64,000 nt of DNA from the NCBI GenBank assembly GCA_963784645.1, contig CAWARY010000015.1, forward strand, positions 497,688 through 561,687, read 5' to 3'. The translations under genes and the position numbers were made by a program. Source of the stretch: an uncultured Actinomycetota bacterium (GTDB lineage Bacteria; Actinomycetota; Actinomycetes; JACCUZ01). Shown one piece after another: positions 10,221 to 19,642 of this stretch; position 1 is the first letter of the stretch; each line of letters opens with the position of its first letter. Below the pieces are notes generated by a model that was not told the origin of the DNA, made no database searches, and saw nothing but the letters and a program-made list of their open reading frames with translations.

Positions 10221-11372
10221 CTACCTCAGGAGCTGGCGGGCGATCACCAGGCGCTGGACCTGGTTGGTGCCCTCGTAGATCTGGGTGATCTTCGCGTCGC
10301 GCATCATCCGCTCGACGGGGTAGTCCTTGACGTAGCCGTAGCCGCCGAGGACCTGCACCGCGTCGGTGGTGACCTCCATCGCGATGTCGGAGGCATAGCA
10401 CTTCGCGGCGGCGCCGAAGAAGGTGAGGTCCTTGTCGCCACGCTCGGACTTCGCGGCGGCGACGTAGGTCATCTGACGGGCTGTCTCCACCTTCATGGCC
10501 ATGTCGGCGAGCATGAACTGGATGCCCTGGAACTCGGCGATCGACTTGCCGAACTGCTTGCGCTCCTTGGCGTAGGCCGCGGCATAGGCCAGCGCCCCCG
10601 CGGCGATACCGACGGCTTGGGCGGCGATCGTCACCCGCGTGTGGTCGAGAGTCCGCAGCGCGGTCTTGAAGCCCGAGCCCTCCGCGCCGATCAGCCGGTC
10701 GGCCGGGATCCGGCAGTCGTCGAAGTACAGCTCGCGGGTCGGCGACCCCTTGATGCCGAGCTTCTTCTCCGGGGCGCCGAAGGTGAAGCCCTCGTCGGAC
10801 TTCTCGACGACGAAGGCGGAGATGCCGTTGGCCCCGGCATCCGGGTCGGTGACGGCCATCACGGTGTAGTACTCCGACACCCCGGCGTTCGTGATCCACC
10901 GCTTGGCGCCGTTGAGCACGTAGCCGTCGCCGTCACGCACGGCCATGGTCTTCATCGCGACGGCGTCGCTGCCTGCCTCGGGCTCGGACAACGCGTAGGA
11001 GAACATCGCCTCGCCGCTGGCCACCGGAGGGAGGTACCGCTTGAGCAGCTCCTCCGACGCGGACAGCAGCAGCGGCATCGTGCCGAGCTTGTTCACGGCC
11101 GGGATCAGCGAGGTCGACGCGCAGGCACGGGCCACCTCCTCGATGACGATGCAGGTGGCCAACGCGTCGGCACCGGCCCCGCCGTACTGCTCCGGGACGT
11201 GCACCGCGTGGAAGTCGGCCTTGCGCAGGGCGTCGTAGGACTCCTGCGGGAACTCCGCCTTCTCGTCGACCTCGGCGGCCAGCGGTGCGATCTTGTCGTC
11301 GCACACCGCCCGCACCGCCTCGCGCAGCATCTCGTGCTCGTCGGTCAGCCGGTAGACGTCGAAGTCGCTCAC
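10221..11372 (-). CDS. acyl-CoA dehydrogenase (FadE25-like short/branched-chain type)
   Basis: 383 aa. ACAD motifs: YALSEPEAGSDA, GAKRWITNAG, GGYGYVKDYPVERMMRDAKITQIYEGTNQVQRLVIARQLL. Confidence 0.9.
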   Translation of the reverse strand: MSDFDVYRLTDEHEMLREAVRAVCDDKIAPLAAEVDEKAEFPQESYDALRKADFHAVHVPEQYGGAGADALATCIVIEEVARACASTSLIPAVNKLGTMPLLLSASEELLKRYLPPVASGEAMFSYALSEPEAGSDAVAMKTMAVRDGDGYVLNGAKRWITNAGVSEYYTVMAVTDPDAGANGISAFVVEKSDEGFTFGAPEKKLGIKGSPTRELYFDDCRIPADRLIGAEGSGFKTALRTLDHTRVTIAAQAVGIAAGALAYAAAYAKERKQFGKSIAEFQGIQFMLADMAMKVETARQMTYVAAAKSERGDKDLTFFGAAAKCYASDIAMEVTTDAVQVLGGYGYVKDYPVERMMRDAKITQIYEGTNQVQRLVIARQLLR

Positions 11373-11449
11373 CCGGGAAGGGTACGGCGACCGGCTCCCG
11401 GCCAGGATGCGGGGCAGGAGGTCCGGGGGTCGTCGGTAGCCTTGCGCGC

Positions 11450-12766
11450 ATGACCCTGCGCCTCAGCGTCCTCGGCACCGGCTACCTCGGTGCGACGCAC
11501 GCCGCCGCCATGGCCGAGCTCGGCTTCGACGTGATCGGCATGGACGTCGACGAGGCCAAGGTGGCCGCCCTGATCGACGGCCGTGCTCCGATGTTCGAGC
11601 CCGACCTGGAGCCGCTGCTCCGCAAGGGCGTCGAGAGCGGCCGCCTCCGGTTCACCACGTCGTACGCAGAGGCCGCGACCGCCGACGTGCACTTCCTCTG
11701 CGTGGGTACCCCGCAGCGCAAGGGCGAGTACGCCGCGGACCTGCGTTACGTCGAAGGCGTCGTCGAGGGGCTCGCGCCGCACCTCGACCGCCCCACCCTG
11801 GTCGTCGGCAAGTCGACCGTGCCGGTCGGCACCGCCGCCCGCCTGGAGACCAAGCTCGCCGCGCTGGCGCCCGCCGGCGCCGACGTCGAGCTCGCCTGGA
11901 ACCCGGAGTTCCTCCGTGAGGGCCACGCGGTCGAGGACACGATGCACCCCGACCGCATCGTGGTGGGAACCACCTCGGCGAAGGCCGAGGCCCGCCTGCG
12001 CGAGGTCTACGCGAGCATGATCGCCGACGGCACGCCGTTCCTCGTCACCGACTTCGCCACGGCGGAGCTGGTCAAGGTCTCGGCCAACGCGTTCCTCGCC
12101 ACCAAGATCTCGTTCATCAACGCGATGGCCGAGCTGTGTGAGGCGACCGGCGCCGACGTGACGCTGCTCGCCGACGCGATCGGCCACGACGACCGGATCG
12201 GCCGCAAGTTCCTCAATGCCGGGCTCGGCTTCGGCGGCGGCTGCCTGCCCAAGGACATCCGCGCCTTCATGGCTCGCGCCGGCGAGCTCGGCGTCGACCA
12301 GGCACTGTCCTTCCTCCGCGAGGTCGACGCGATCAACATGCGGCGCCGCGCGCACGTCGTCGACCGGGCCCGCGACGCGTGCGGCGGCAGCCTGCTCGGG
12401 CAGCGGGTGGGCGTCCTGGGCGCCACCTTCAAGCCCAACAGCGACGACGTCCGCGACTCCCCCGCCCTCAACGTCGCCGGCCAGATCCAGCTCCAGGGTG
12501 CGCAGGTCACCGTCTACGACCCGCGTGGCAACGACAACGCCAAGGCACTGTTCCCCACGCTGTCCTACGCCGAGTCCGCGCTGGAGGCGTGCGAGGGAGC
12601 CGACCTGGTCCTGCACCTCACCGAGTGGCCGGAGTTCCGCGAGATGGACCCGTCGGTCCTGGCCGGCGTGGTGCGGAAGAAGGTCGTCATCGACGGCCGC
12701 AACGCCCTGGACAGGGAGCGCTGGCGCGCCGCCGGCTGGACCTACGGGTCGCTCGGCCGGCCGTGA
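11450..12766 (+). CDS. ugd: UDP-glucose 6-dehydrogenase
   Basis: Internal ATG 11450 (MTLRLSVLGTGYLGATHAA...) after an R-rich artefact N-extension. NAD-binding GTGYLG; catalytic region FGGGCLPKDIRAF. Confidence 0.85.
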   Translation: MTLRLSVLGTGYLGATHAAAMAELGFDVIGMDVDEAKVAALIDGRAPMFEPDLEPLLRKGVESGRLRFTTSYAEAATADVHFLCVGTPQRKGEYAADLRYVEGVVEGLAPHLDRPTLVVGKSTVPVGTAARLETKLAALAPAGADVELAWNPEFLREGHAVEDTMHPDRIVVGTTSAKAEARLREVYASMIADGTPFLVTDFATAELVKVSANAFLATKISFINAMAELCEATGADVTLLADAIGHDDRIGRKFLNAGLGFGGGCLPKDIRAFMARAGELGVDQALSFLREVDAINMRRRAHVVDRARDACGGSLLGQRVGVLGATFKPNSDDVRDSPALNVAGQIQLQGAQVTVYDPRGNDNAKALFPTLSYAESALEACEGADLVLHLTEWPEFREMDPSVLAGVVRKKVVIDGRNALDRERWRAAGWTYGSLGRP

Positions 12767-13155
12767 CCGACCGCACGACGGTGCGCGAGGTCCTGGGCCT
12801 GCACACGTGGGCGGTCGTCGGGCTCCGGCAGAACCCGGCCCGCGCCGCGCACGGCGTCGCGCGGTTCCTGCAGGAGCGGGGTCGCCGCATCGTCCCGGTG
12901 CACACGACTCCGGAGGAGGTCTTCGGCGAGCCGGCGTACGCGCGACTGGCTGACGTCCCGCATCCCGTCGACGTGGTCGACGTCTTCGTGAACAGCTCGC
13001 TCGCCGGTGGCGTCGCCGACCAGGCGGTCCAGATCGGGGCGAAGGCCGTGTGGTTCCAGCTCGGCGTCGTCGACGAGGACGCGGCGCAGCGGGTCCGCGA
13101 CGCGGGGCTGCTGATGGTGATGGACCACTGCCCCGTGATCGAGTGGGACCGATGA
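12763..13155 (+). CDS. CoA-binding domain protein (YccU-like)
   Basis: GTG 12763 overlaps the ugd stop. VTDRTTVREVLGLHTWAVVGLRQNPARAAHGVARFLQERGRRIVPVHT...VVDVFVNSSLAGGVADQAVQIGAKAVWFQLGV: typical CoA-binding Rossmann-like fold protein. Confidence 0.7.
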   Translation: MTDRTTVREVLGLHTWAVVGLRQNPARAAHGVARFLQERGRRIVPVHTTPEEVFGEPAYARLADVPHPVDVVDVFVNSSLAGGVADQAVQIGAKAVWFQLGVVDEDAAQRVRDAGLLMVMDHCPVIEWDR

Positions 13156-14042
13156 GCAAGCGGTTGCGCGCCGTGCTGGTGCTGGCCGCCTTCTCGCTGC
13201 TCACCGCGGCGCTTCCCGCCGCTCCGGCGACCGCCGCGTCGCCCGGCCGCCCGTTCGCCGGCAACGGCACCTGGGTGTCGGTGTTCTCCGGCGATGCGGT
13301 GTGGGACCACCCGGTGGCCCAGGTGCGACGCATGCACGCGCAGGGGGTGCACACCCTGTTCCTGCAGACCGCGAGCTCGTCGACGCCGGTCGGCAGCGAC
13401 GTCTACCGGCCGTCGAAGGTGGCGCGCTTCCTCGTCGCCGCGCACGCCCGTGGGATGCGGGTGGTCGCGTGGTACCTCCCGCCCCTGCGCGACGTCGGCC
13501 GCGAGCACCGGCGCGCGATGGCCGCCATCGACTTCCGCACGGCGAGCGGGCAGCGGTTCGACGCCTTCGCCCTCGACATCGAGCCGTCGGGCACCACACC
13601 GAAGGGGCCGCTGCGCGACGAGAACCTGCGCCGGCTGAGCCATCGCCTCCGTACGTCGGCACCCGACGGCTACCGGCTCGGGGCGATCGTGCCGTCGCCG
13701 ATCGGTCTCTCGCTCGCCCCGAGGTTCTGGCCGTCGTTCCCCTGGGCCACCGTCGGCCGGTTCTACGACGTGGTCCTACCGATGAGCTACTCCAGCTACC
13801 GGGTCAGCGGCGCGGCGGCGACGTACGACTACACGATGGGCAACATCGCCTTCCTGCGTGACGTGCTGGGCGCGGACGTGTCGGTGCACGTGATCGGCGG
13901 CAACGCCGGGGCGCTCGGCCGCTCCGAGACGCGCGCCTTCGTAGCAGCCTGCAGCCAGGCGCGGGTCACCGGTGCGAGCCTGTGGCACTGGACGGCGTAC
14001 GGCACGGAGGACCGCCAGGAGATGTCCGCGCTGGAGCTCTGA
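13152..14042 (+). CDS. secreted hypothetical protein (signal peptide; TIM-barrel glycosidase-like?)
   Basis: ATG 13152 overlaps the upstream stop. MSKRLRAVLVLAAFSLLTAALPAAPATAASP is a Sec signal peptide. Alternating hydrophobic beta-strand/acidic pattern (VHTLFLQTA, MRVVAWY, FDAFALDIEP) suggests a hydrolase barrel. Family not firmly recognised. Confidence 0.55.
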   Translation: MSKRLRAVLVLAAFSLLTAALPAAPATAASPGRPFAGNGTWVSVFSGDAVWDHPVAQVRRMHAQGVHTLFLQTASSSTPVGSDVYRPSKVARFLVAAHARGMRVVAWYLPPLRDVGREHRRAMAAIDFRTASGQRFDAFALDIEPSGTTPKGPLRDENLRRLSHRLRTSAPDGYRLGAIVPSPIGLSLAPRFWPSFPWATVGRFYDVVLPMSYSSYRVSGAAATYDYTMGNIAFLRDVLGADVSVHVIGGNAGALGRSETRAFVAACSQARVTGASLWHWTAYGTEDRQEMSALEL

Positions 14043-14045
14043 CCG

Positions 14046-14588
14046 TCAGCCCGTCGCTGCCATCTCGGCCAGCTTCTGGACGACGTTCCAGTTGCGCGAG
14101 GTGGCCGTCCCGCCGAGCTTCTTGTCGCCCACTAGCCGGGCCAGTCGGCTCGAGTGCACTCCCGCCGGCAGCCAGAGGTACACCTCGCGGCCGCGGACCG
14201 CCACCTGCTCGGGCGCGAAGCCGTCGACATCCACGTCGGCGAGCCAGCTTGCCGCGGGCGGCTTGTCGAGGAAGGTCACGAGGTAGCGCGCGCCGTCCGT
14301 TGCGGTGCCCGCGAAAGGGTCGGCCCCGACCACCTTCGCCAGCTGCGCGGCGGTGCGCACGACGACCGGGACGTCCATGCCCAGGCCTTCGCTGATCGCG
14401 GTCTCGACCGCTCCCGCCACCGCCGACGCCGATCGCGAGCCGGTACGGAAGACGGCGTTGCCGCTCTGCAGGTGCGTGCGCACGTCGTCGTAGCCGAGGC
14501 CGGTCAGCAGGTCGCGGAGGTCGGCCATGGCGACCCGCCGCTTCGACCCGAGGTTGATGCCGCGCAGCAGGGCGACGTAGGTGGGCAC
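14046..14588 (-). CDS. DUF1697 family protein
   Basis: MPTYVALLRGINLGSKRRVAMADLRDLLTGLGYDDVRTHLQSGNAVF... The N-terminal YVALLRGINxG motif is characteristic of DUF1697. Confidence 0.75.
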   Translation of the reverse strand: MPTYVALLRGINLGSKRRVAMADLRDLLTGLGYDDVRTHLQSGNAVFRTGSRSASAVAGAVETAISEGLGMDVPVVVRTAAQLAKVVGADPFAGTATDGARYLVTFLDKPPAASWLADVDVDGFAPEQVAVRGREVYLWLPAGVHSSRLARLVGDKKLGGTATSRNWNVVQKLAEMAATG

Positions 14589-14590
14589 GG

Positions 14591-15139
14591 TCAGCCGATG
14601 CCGAAGCCGGCTGCCCCGCCGCCGGTGCTGCGCCGGCGCAGCTGGCCGCCCTTGGCGATCGCCTTCTCCCGCAGCTCGCTCTGGAAGGTCAGCATCTTCT
14701 CCTGCAGGTCCTGGTCGGACGCGCTGAGGATGCGGACGGCGAGCAGGCCCGCGTTGCGCGCGCCGCCCACGGCGACGGTGGCCACGGGGACTCCCGCGGG
14801 CATCTGCACCATCGACAGCAGTGAGTCCATGCCGTCGAGGTAGGCGAGCGGGACCGGCACCCCGATCACCGGCAACGGCGTGCAGCTGGCGAGCATGCCG
14901 GGCAGGTGCGCCGCCCCGCCGGCGCCGGCGACGATCACGCGGAGACCGCGGGCGGCCGCCTGCTCGCCGTACTGCACCATCTCGCGGGGCATCCGGTGCG
15001 CGGAGACGACATCGACCTCGTACGGGATGCCGAACTCGCGTAGGGCGGTCGCGGCGTCCTCCATGACCGGCCAGTCGGAGTCACTGCCCATGACGATGCC
15101 GACCACAGGAGCGACGGCGGGCTCAGCCAGCTGTGTCAT
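14591..15139 (-). CDS. purE: N5-carboxyaminoimidazole ribonucleotide mutase
   Basis: Internal ATG 15139: [30 protein letters not shown]...VSAHRMP...[17 protein letters not shown]...PVIGVPV. Classic PurE motifs. Confidence 0.85.
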   Translation of the reverse strand: MTQLAEPAVAPVVGIVMGSDSDWPVMEDAATALREFGIPYEVDVVSAHRMPREMVQYGEQAAARGLRVIVAGAGGAAHLPGMLASCTPLPVIGVPVPLAYLDGMDSLLSMVQMPAGVPVATVAVGGARNAGLLAVRILSASDQDLQEKMLTFQSELREKAIAKGGQLRRRSTGGGAAGFGIG

Positions 15140-16256
15140 CACTGTCTCCTCGCAGGAACGCCGCGGCGTGACGGGCACGCTCGCGCACGTCCTCAGCATC
15201 GCCGCCCAGCGCGGTGACGTGACCCACCTTTCGCCCTGGGCGTACGTCCTTGCCGTACATGTGCAGGCGGATCCCGCGGTCGTGCGCGAGGCAGTGCAGG
15301 TAGCCGGCGTACATGTCCTGGTGCTCCCCACCGAGCACGTTGGCCATCACGACGTACGGCGCCGTGGTGGTGGTGTCGCCGAGGGGGAGGTCGAGCACCG
15401 CGCGCAGGTGCTGCTCGAACTGGCTGGTCCGGGCCCCCTCGATGGTCCAGTGCCCGCTGTTGTGCGGGCGCATCGCCAGCTCGTTGACCAGGACGCCGGA
15501 CTCCGTGTCGAACATCTCGACGGCCATCACGCCGGTGACGCCCAGTCCGTCGGCGATCTGCAGGGCGGCCCGCTGCGCAGCGAGGGCGTGGTCCTCGGTG
15601 ACGGGCGCCGGGGCGTAGACCTCGCGGCAGACCCCGTCGACCTGGACGGTCTCGACCACCGGCCACACCGCTGCCTGGCCGTGCGGGCTGCGGGCCACCA
15701 GCACCGCGAGCTCGCGGGTGAACGCGACCCGCTCCTCGGCGAGCAGCGGGACCTCCGTGACCCGGTCCAGCCAGTCACCGGCGTCGGCCGCGCTGCCGAC
15801 CAGCCGCACGCCCTTGCCGTCGTAGCCACCGCGAGCGGTCTTGACCACCACCGGCCAGCCCACGTCGTCGCCGAACGCCGTCAGCGACGCCGCGTCGGTC
15901 ACCTCCGCCCAGCGCGGGCACGGGACCCCCAGCGCGGTCAGCCGCCGGCGCATCACCAGCTTGTCCTGCGCGTGCTCGAGGGCGTCCGGGCCGGGTCGGA
16001 GGACGACGCCGTCCGCCTCGAGGGCCCTCAGGTGTGCCGTCGGCACGTGCTCGTGGTCGAACGTGAGGACGTCGCAGCCCTGCGCGAAGGCCCGCAGCGT
16101 CGCGAGGTCGTCCTCGGCGCCCACCGTGGTGCCGGGCACCACCTGGGCCGCGCTGTCGTGCGGGTCGCGGGCCAGCACCCGCAGCTCGATGCCCAGCCCG
16201 ATCGCCGGCGCGGCCATCATCCGTGCCAGCTGCCCGCCGCCCACGACACCCACCAC
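15123..16256 (-). CDS. purK: N5-carboxyaminoimidazole ribonucleotide synthase
   Basis: [15 protein letters not shown]... ATP-grasp ([14 protein letters not shown]), ...[24 protein letters not shown] start chosen at 16256 because the upstream part of the ORF is a palindromic repeat, not coding. Overlaps purE by 17 bp. Confidence 0.8.
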   Translation of the reverse strand: MVGVVGGGQLARMMAAPAIGLGIELRVLARDPHDSAAQVVPGTTVGAEDDLATLRAFAQGCDVLTFDHEHVPTAHLRALEADGVVLRPGPDALEHAQDKLVMRRRLTALGVPCPRWAEVTDAASLTAFGDDVGWPVVVKTARGGYDGKGVRLVGSAADAGDWLDRVTEVPLLAEERVAFTRELAVLVARSPHGQAAVWPVVETVQVDGVCREVYAPAPVTEDHALAAQRAALQIADGLGVTGVMAVEMFDTESGVLVNELAMRPHNSGHWTIEGARTSQFEQHLRAVLDLPLGDTTTTAPYVVMANVLGGEHQDMYAGYLHCLAHDRGIRLHMYGKDVRPGRKVGHVTALGGDAEDVRERARHAAAFLRGDSDDTAG

Positions 16257-16330
16257 CGGGAACCCGTCACGCCGGCTGCCACCCACGACCGGCGACCCTA
16301 CCGACCCGGTGGTGGCTCGGCTTCGCCCGG

Positions 16331-16403
16331 CATCCTGCGCCGACAGCGAAGTGGCCCCGCCACACCGCCGGAAAGCAGCCGCCGAGCGGGGCCGCTTCGC
16401 TCC
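16331..16403. repeat. solo copy of GC-rich palindromic (REP/MITE-like) element
   Basis: AGCGAAGTGGCCCCGC (16345-16360) and GCGGGGCCGCTTCGCT (16386-16401) form a 16-bp stem (15/16 complementary) around a 25-nt loop. About 85% identical to the 87-bp tandem units at 17479-17739. Confidence 0.75.
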
Positions 16404-16464
16404 TGCCTCCGGGCCTGTGGACAACCGGCCACCTCCGGACCTGCGACCCGGCGACCATCACCTG

Positions 16465-17493
16465 ATGACCAACCCCCTGCCTGGCCTGGACCTGCTCGCG
16501 CGGCGGCAGGAGCAGATCGTGACTCGACACCAGCTCGCGGCCCTCGGCGGCGACTACCGAATGGTCGAACGGCGAGATCTGGCCGGAGTCTGGCGCGCCC
16601 TCGGCCCACGTGTGGTCGCCCTGCACCGAGGAGAACTCGGGCGTGACCAGCGATGGTGGGCCGGCTACCTCCACGCGGCGCTCGAGGACGGACCGACCGT
16701 GCATCGCGCCGCCCTGGCCGGGCTGACCGCGGTGGAGGCGGGCGGTCTGCGAGGGTTCGAGACGCCGATCGTCCACGTGGTGGTGGAGCACGGACGTCAG
16801 GTCGAAGATCTCCGGGTCGGGCCGCTACGGGTGACGGTCCACGAGACCCGGCACCTCCTCCCCTCGCACCTGAACCCCACGGCCCCGCCGCCGCGGCTTC
16901 GACTGCCGCGGGCCGTCGTCGAGTCGGCATCGGACGTCGCGATCGGCATCCCTGGGCGCGCGCGGGCCCTCATCGCAGCCGCCGTGCAGCAGCGACTCGT
17001 CCGGCCCGACGACCTGCGCATCTTCGCGGCCAGTCGCCGCACCCTGCCTGGGCGGCGGCTCCTCCTCGAGACCATCGGTGACGCCCAGGCCGGTGCGCAC
17101 TCGTTGCCCGAGCAGCGCTTCCGTCGTGGTCTGCGCCGGGCCGGCCTCCCTGAACCGCGCCACCAGCAGGCGTTACGACGCGCCGACGGCACCTGGTACC
17201 TCGACAACGACTTCCCGGACTACCTGGTCTCGGTCGAGATCAATGGTCTCCAGCACTACGAGCAGATGCTGCGCGAGGTGGACGACTTCCGGCGCGCCGT
17301 GCTCCAGATCGGCGGTCGCATGGTGGTCGACCTCAGCTCCTACGCCGTACGCCACCAGCTGCCCACCTGCCTGCTCCTGACGGCGCAGGCACTCGTCGCC
17401 CGCGGCTACCGTCCCCCGACCGGGACCGCGCGTCGCCTGGAGGCGATGAAGGCCCAGGTCGGCTGGAAGGACCTCGTTCTGCGCGCATCGTGA
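16465..17493 (+). CDS. AbiEi-like N-terminal domain + DUF559 (Vsr/PD-(D/E)xK-like endonuclease) C-terminal domain protein
   Basis: ATG 16465 MTNPLPGLDLLARRQEQIVTRHQLAALGGDYRMVERRDLAGVWRALGPRVVALH (AbiEi_4-like). C-terminal ...GTWYLDNDFPDYLVSVEINGLQHYEQMLREVDDFRRAVLQIGGRMVVDLSSYAV (DUF559-like). Opposite orientation to flanking purK and ACAD. Flanked by copies of the same repeat. Confidence 0.6.
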   Translation: MTNPLPGLDLLARRQEQIVTRHQLAALGGDYRMVERRDLAGVWRALGPRVVALHRGELGRDQRWWAGYLHAALEDGPTVHRAALAGLTAVEAGGLRGFETPIVHVVVEHGRQVEDLRVGPLRVTVHETRHLLPSHLNPTAPPPRLRLPRAVVESASDVAIGIPGRARALIAAAVQQRLVRPDDLRIFAASRRTLPGRRLLLETIGDAQAGAHSLPEQRFRRGLRRAGLPEPRHQQALRRADGTWYLDNDFPDYLVSVEINGLQHYEQMLREVDDFRRAVLQIGGRMVVDLSSYAVRHQLPTCLLLTAQALVARGYRPPTGTARRLEAMKAQVGWKDLVLRAS

Positions 17494-17739
17494 GCCCGAC
17501 CCCGAGCGAAGTGGCCCCGCCCACCGACCGGAAAGCGGCTGCCGGGCTGGGCCGCTCCGCTCGTCGCGCGCGCATCGTGAGCCCGACCCCGAGCGAAGTG
17601 GCCCCGCCAACCGGCCGGAAATCGGCTGCCGAGCGGGGCCGCTCCGCTCGTCGCGCGCGCATCGTGAGCCCGACCCCGAGCGAAGTGGCCCCGCCCACCG
17701 GCCGGAAATCGGCTGCCGAGCGGGGCCGCTCCGCTCGTC
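17479..17739. repeat. 3 x 87-bp tandem direct repeat, each unit containing a GC-rich hairpin (REP-like); putative bidirectional terminator array
   Basis: Units 17479-17565, 17566-17652, 17653-17739. Each carries GAGCGAAGTGGCCCCGC...GCGGGGCCGCTCCGCTC inverted repeats. Each unit also repeats GCGCATCGTGA, the last codons and stop of the DUF559 gene. The 94-aa ORF 17490..17774 with 29-aa repeats is just its translation. Confidence 0.85.
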
Positions 17740-17748
17740 GGGTGCGGG

Positions 17749-18897
17749 CTAGAGGCCGAGCTCGCGGGCGATGAGCATGCGCTGCACCTCGGAGGTGCCC
17801 TCGCCGATCTCGAGGATCTTCGAGTCGCGCCACATCCGGGCCACGGGGAACTCGTTCATGAAGCCGTACCCGCCGTGGATCTGGGTCGCCTCGCGGGCGT
17901 TGGTGACGGCGATCTCCGAGGAGTAGAGCTTGGCGATGGCGGCCTGCTTCTTGAACGGCTCGCCGCGCAGCATCCGGTCCGCGGCGTCGTAGTACGCCAG
18001 CCGGGCGGTGTGCGCGCGCATCTCCATGTCCGCGATCTTGAACTGGATCGCCTGGTTCGAGCCGATCGGCCGGCCGAACGCCGAGCGCTGCTTGGCGTAC
18101 GTGACGGACTCGTCGACGCAGCCCTGCGCGAGCCCGACTCCGAGCGCGGCGATCGCGATGCGGCCCTCGTCGAGGGTGGAGAGGAACTGCGCGTAGCCGC
18201 GACCCTGCTGACCGAGCAGGTTGCCCACCGGCACCCTGCAGTCGACGAAGGACAGCTCGCGGGTGTCGGAGGCGTTCCAGCCGACCTTGGAGTACTTCTT
18301 CGACACGGTGAAGCCGGCGGTGCCGCTCGGCACGATGATCGCCGAGATCTCCTTCTTCCCGTCGTCCTTGGTGCCGGTGACCGCGGTGACGGTGACCAGC
18401 CCGGTGATGTCGGTGCCGGAGTTCGTGATGAACGCCTTGGTGCCGTTGATGACCCACTCGGAGCCGTCGTCGGAGAGCCGGGCGGTCGTGGTGGTGCCGC
18501 CCGCGTCCGACCCGGCGCCGGGCTCGGTGAGGCCGAAGGCACCGAGCAGCTGCCCGGTCACCAGCTTCGGCAGCCACTCGGCCTGCTGCTCCGGGGTGCC
18601 GTAGCGGTAGATCGGCATGGCCCCGAGCGAGACGCCGGCCTCCAGCGTGATGGCGACCGACGAGTCGACCCGCGCCAGCTCCTCGAGCGCGACGCACAGC
18701 GCGAAGTAGTCGCCGCCCATGCCGCCGTGCTCCTCGGGGAACGGCAGCCCGAAGAGCCCCATCTCGCCCATCTGCCGGACGATCTCGTAGGGGAACTCGT
18801 TGCGCTCGTAGAGCTCGCCGATGCTGGGCGCGACCACCTCGTGGGCGAACTCCTCGACGGTCTTGCGCAGCGACTCGAGCTCGTCACTGAGGTGCAT
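17749..18897 (-). CDS. acyl-CoA dehydrogenase
   Basis: Internal ATG 18897: MHLSDELESLRKTVEEFAHEVVAP...FGLTEPGAGSDAGG...GTKAFITNSG...IHGGYGFMNEFPVARMWRDSKILEIGEGTSEVQRMLIAREL. Confidence 0.85.
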   Translation of the reverse strand: MHLSDELESLRKTVEEFAHEVVAPSIGELYERNEFPYEIVRQMGEMGLFGLPFPEEHGGMGGDYFALCVALEELARVDSSVAITLEAGVSLGAMPIYRYGTPEQQAEWLPKLVTGQLLGAFGLTEPGAGSDAGGTTTTARLSDDGSEWVINGTKAFITNSGTDITGLVTVTAVTGTKDDGKKEISAIIVPSGTAGFTVSKKYSKVGWNASDTRELSFVDCRVPVGNLLGQQGRGYAQFLSTLDEGRIAIAALGVGLAQGCVDESVTYAKQRSAFGRPIGSNQAIQFKIADMEMRAHTARLAYYDAADRMLRGEPFKKQAAIAKLYSSEIAVTNAREATQIHGGYGFMNEFPVARMWRDSKILEIGEGTSEVQRMLIARELGL

Positions 18898-19123
18898 GCC
18901 GGTCACGGGGCTCTCCTGGCTGTCGGGTCGGTGCGTCTCGTACCGCGGGTGCGACCGGCGGACCGCGTGTGTCACCTGCGACGCAGGGTGGCGCGCGCCT
19001 GTCATGTCGTACCCGTCATGGTGCCACGTCCGGCGACCGGCGCGACGCGCCCGGAGCCGGCTCCTATCCGTCGGCAGGCGCAGTTAGGCTCGTTCCCGTG
19101 GCCGCCGCACCCCTGACCCGCCC

Positions 19124-19642
19124 GTGAGGGCGCTGCTCGCCGCGTACTACCGGCTGGGCCAGCTGGTCCGCGAGCTGATGAAGTTCGGCGTGATCGGCAC
19201 GGTCGCGTTCGCCATCGACGTCGGCCTGTTCAACCTGCTGCTCCACCTCACCGACAAGCCGCTGACGAGCAAGGCGCTGTCGACGGTCGCTGCCACCACG
19301 GTCGCCTACGCCGGCAACCGGTACTGGACCTTCCGCCGCCGCAGCCGCTCCACCGTGCGGCGCGAGTACGCGCTGTTCTTCGTGCTCAACGGCATCGGGC
19401 TGGCGATCGCGCTGGCCTGCCTCGCCATCTCGCACTACGTGCTCGACTTCACCAGCCGGCTGTCGGACAACATCGCCGCGAACGTCGTCGGCCTCGTGCT
19501 GGGCACGACGTTCCGGTTCTGGTCCTACCGGCGGTTCGTCTTTCCCGAGCTGCGAGAAGAGAGCGAGGTGGCTGCGCCGACCGCGGCCCCCGACGGCGTC
19601 CGGCTGGGACCGGTCAGCGAGGACCCGCGCCCGCCGCACTGA
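19124..19642 (+). CDS. GtrA-family membrane protein
   Basis: MKFGVIGTVAFAIDVGLFNLLL...YAGNRYWTFRRR...FFVLNGIGLAIA...FRFWSYRRFVF: the 4-TM GtrA pattern. Start could be GTG 19124 or the ATG of MKFGVIG. Confidence 0.75.
   Translation: MRALLAAYYRLGQLVRELMKFGVIGTVAFAIDVGLFNLLLHLTDKPLTSKALSTVAATTVAYAGNRYWTFRRRSRSTVRREYALFFVLNGIGLAIALACLAISHYVLDFTSRLSDNIAANVVGLVLGTTFRFWSYRRFVFPELREESEVAAPTAAPDGVRLGPVSEDPRPPH

Noticed and set aside
15841-16464. N-terminal 208 aa of ORF 15841..17493, upstream of the ATG 16465 taken as the DUF559 start.
   Set aside because: This part is antisense to purK and the solo repeat, with junk composition. The real AbiEi/DUF559 gene starts at ATG 16465 in the same frame.
17479-17739. 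Possible CRISPR array (regular direct repeats).
   Set aside because: Units abut each other with no unique spacers. Period 87 bp. No cas genes anywhere in the window. The repeat also occurs as a solo copy. Behaves like a REP/terminator repeat, not CRISPR.
17490-17774. 94-aa ORF with three 29-aa peptide repeats (SPTPSEVAPPTGRKSAAERGRSARRARIV).
   Set aside because: It is simply the translation of the 3 x 87-bp intergenic DNA repeat and is Arg-rich. It sits between convergent gene ends; not a gene.
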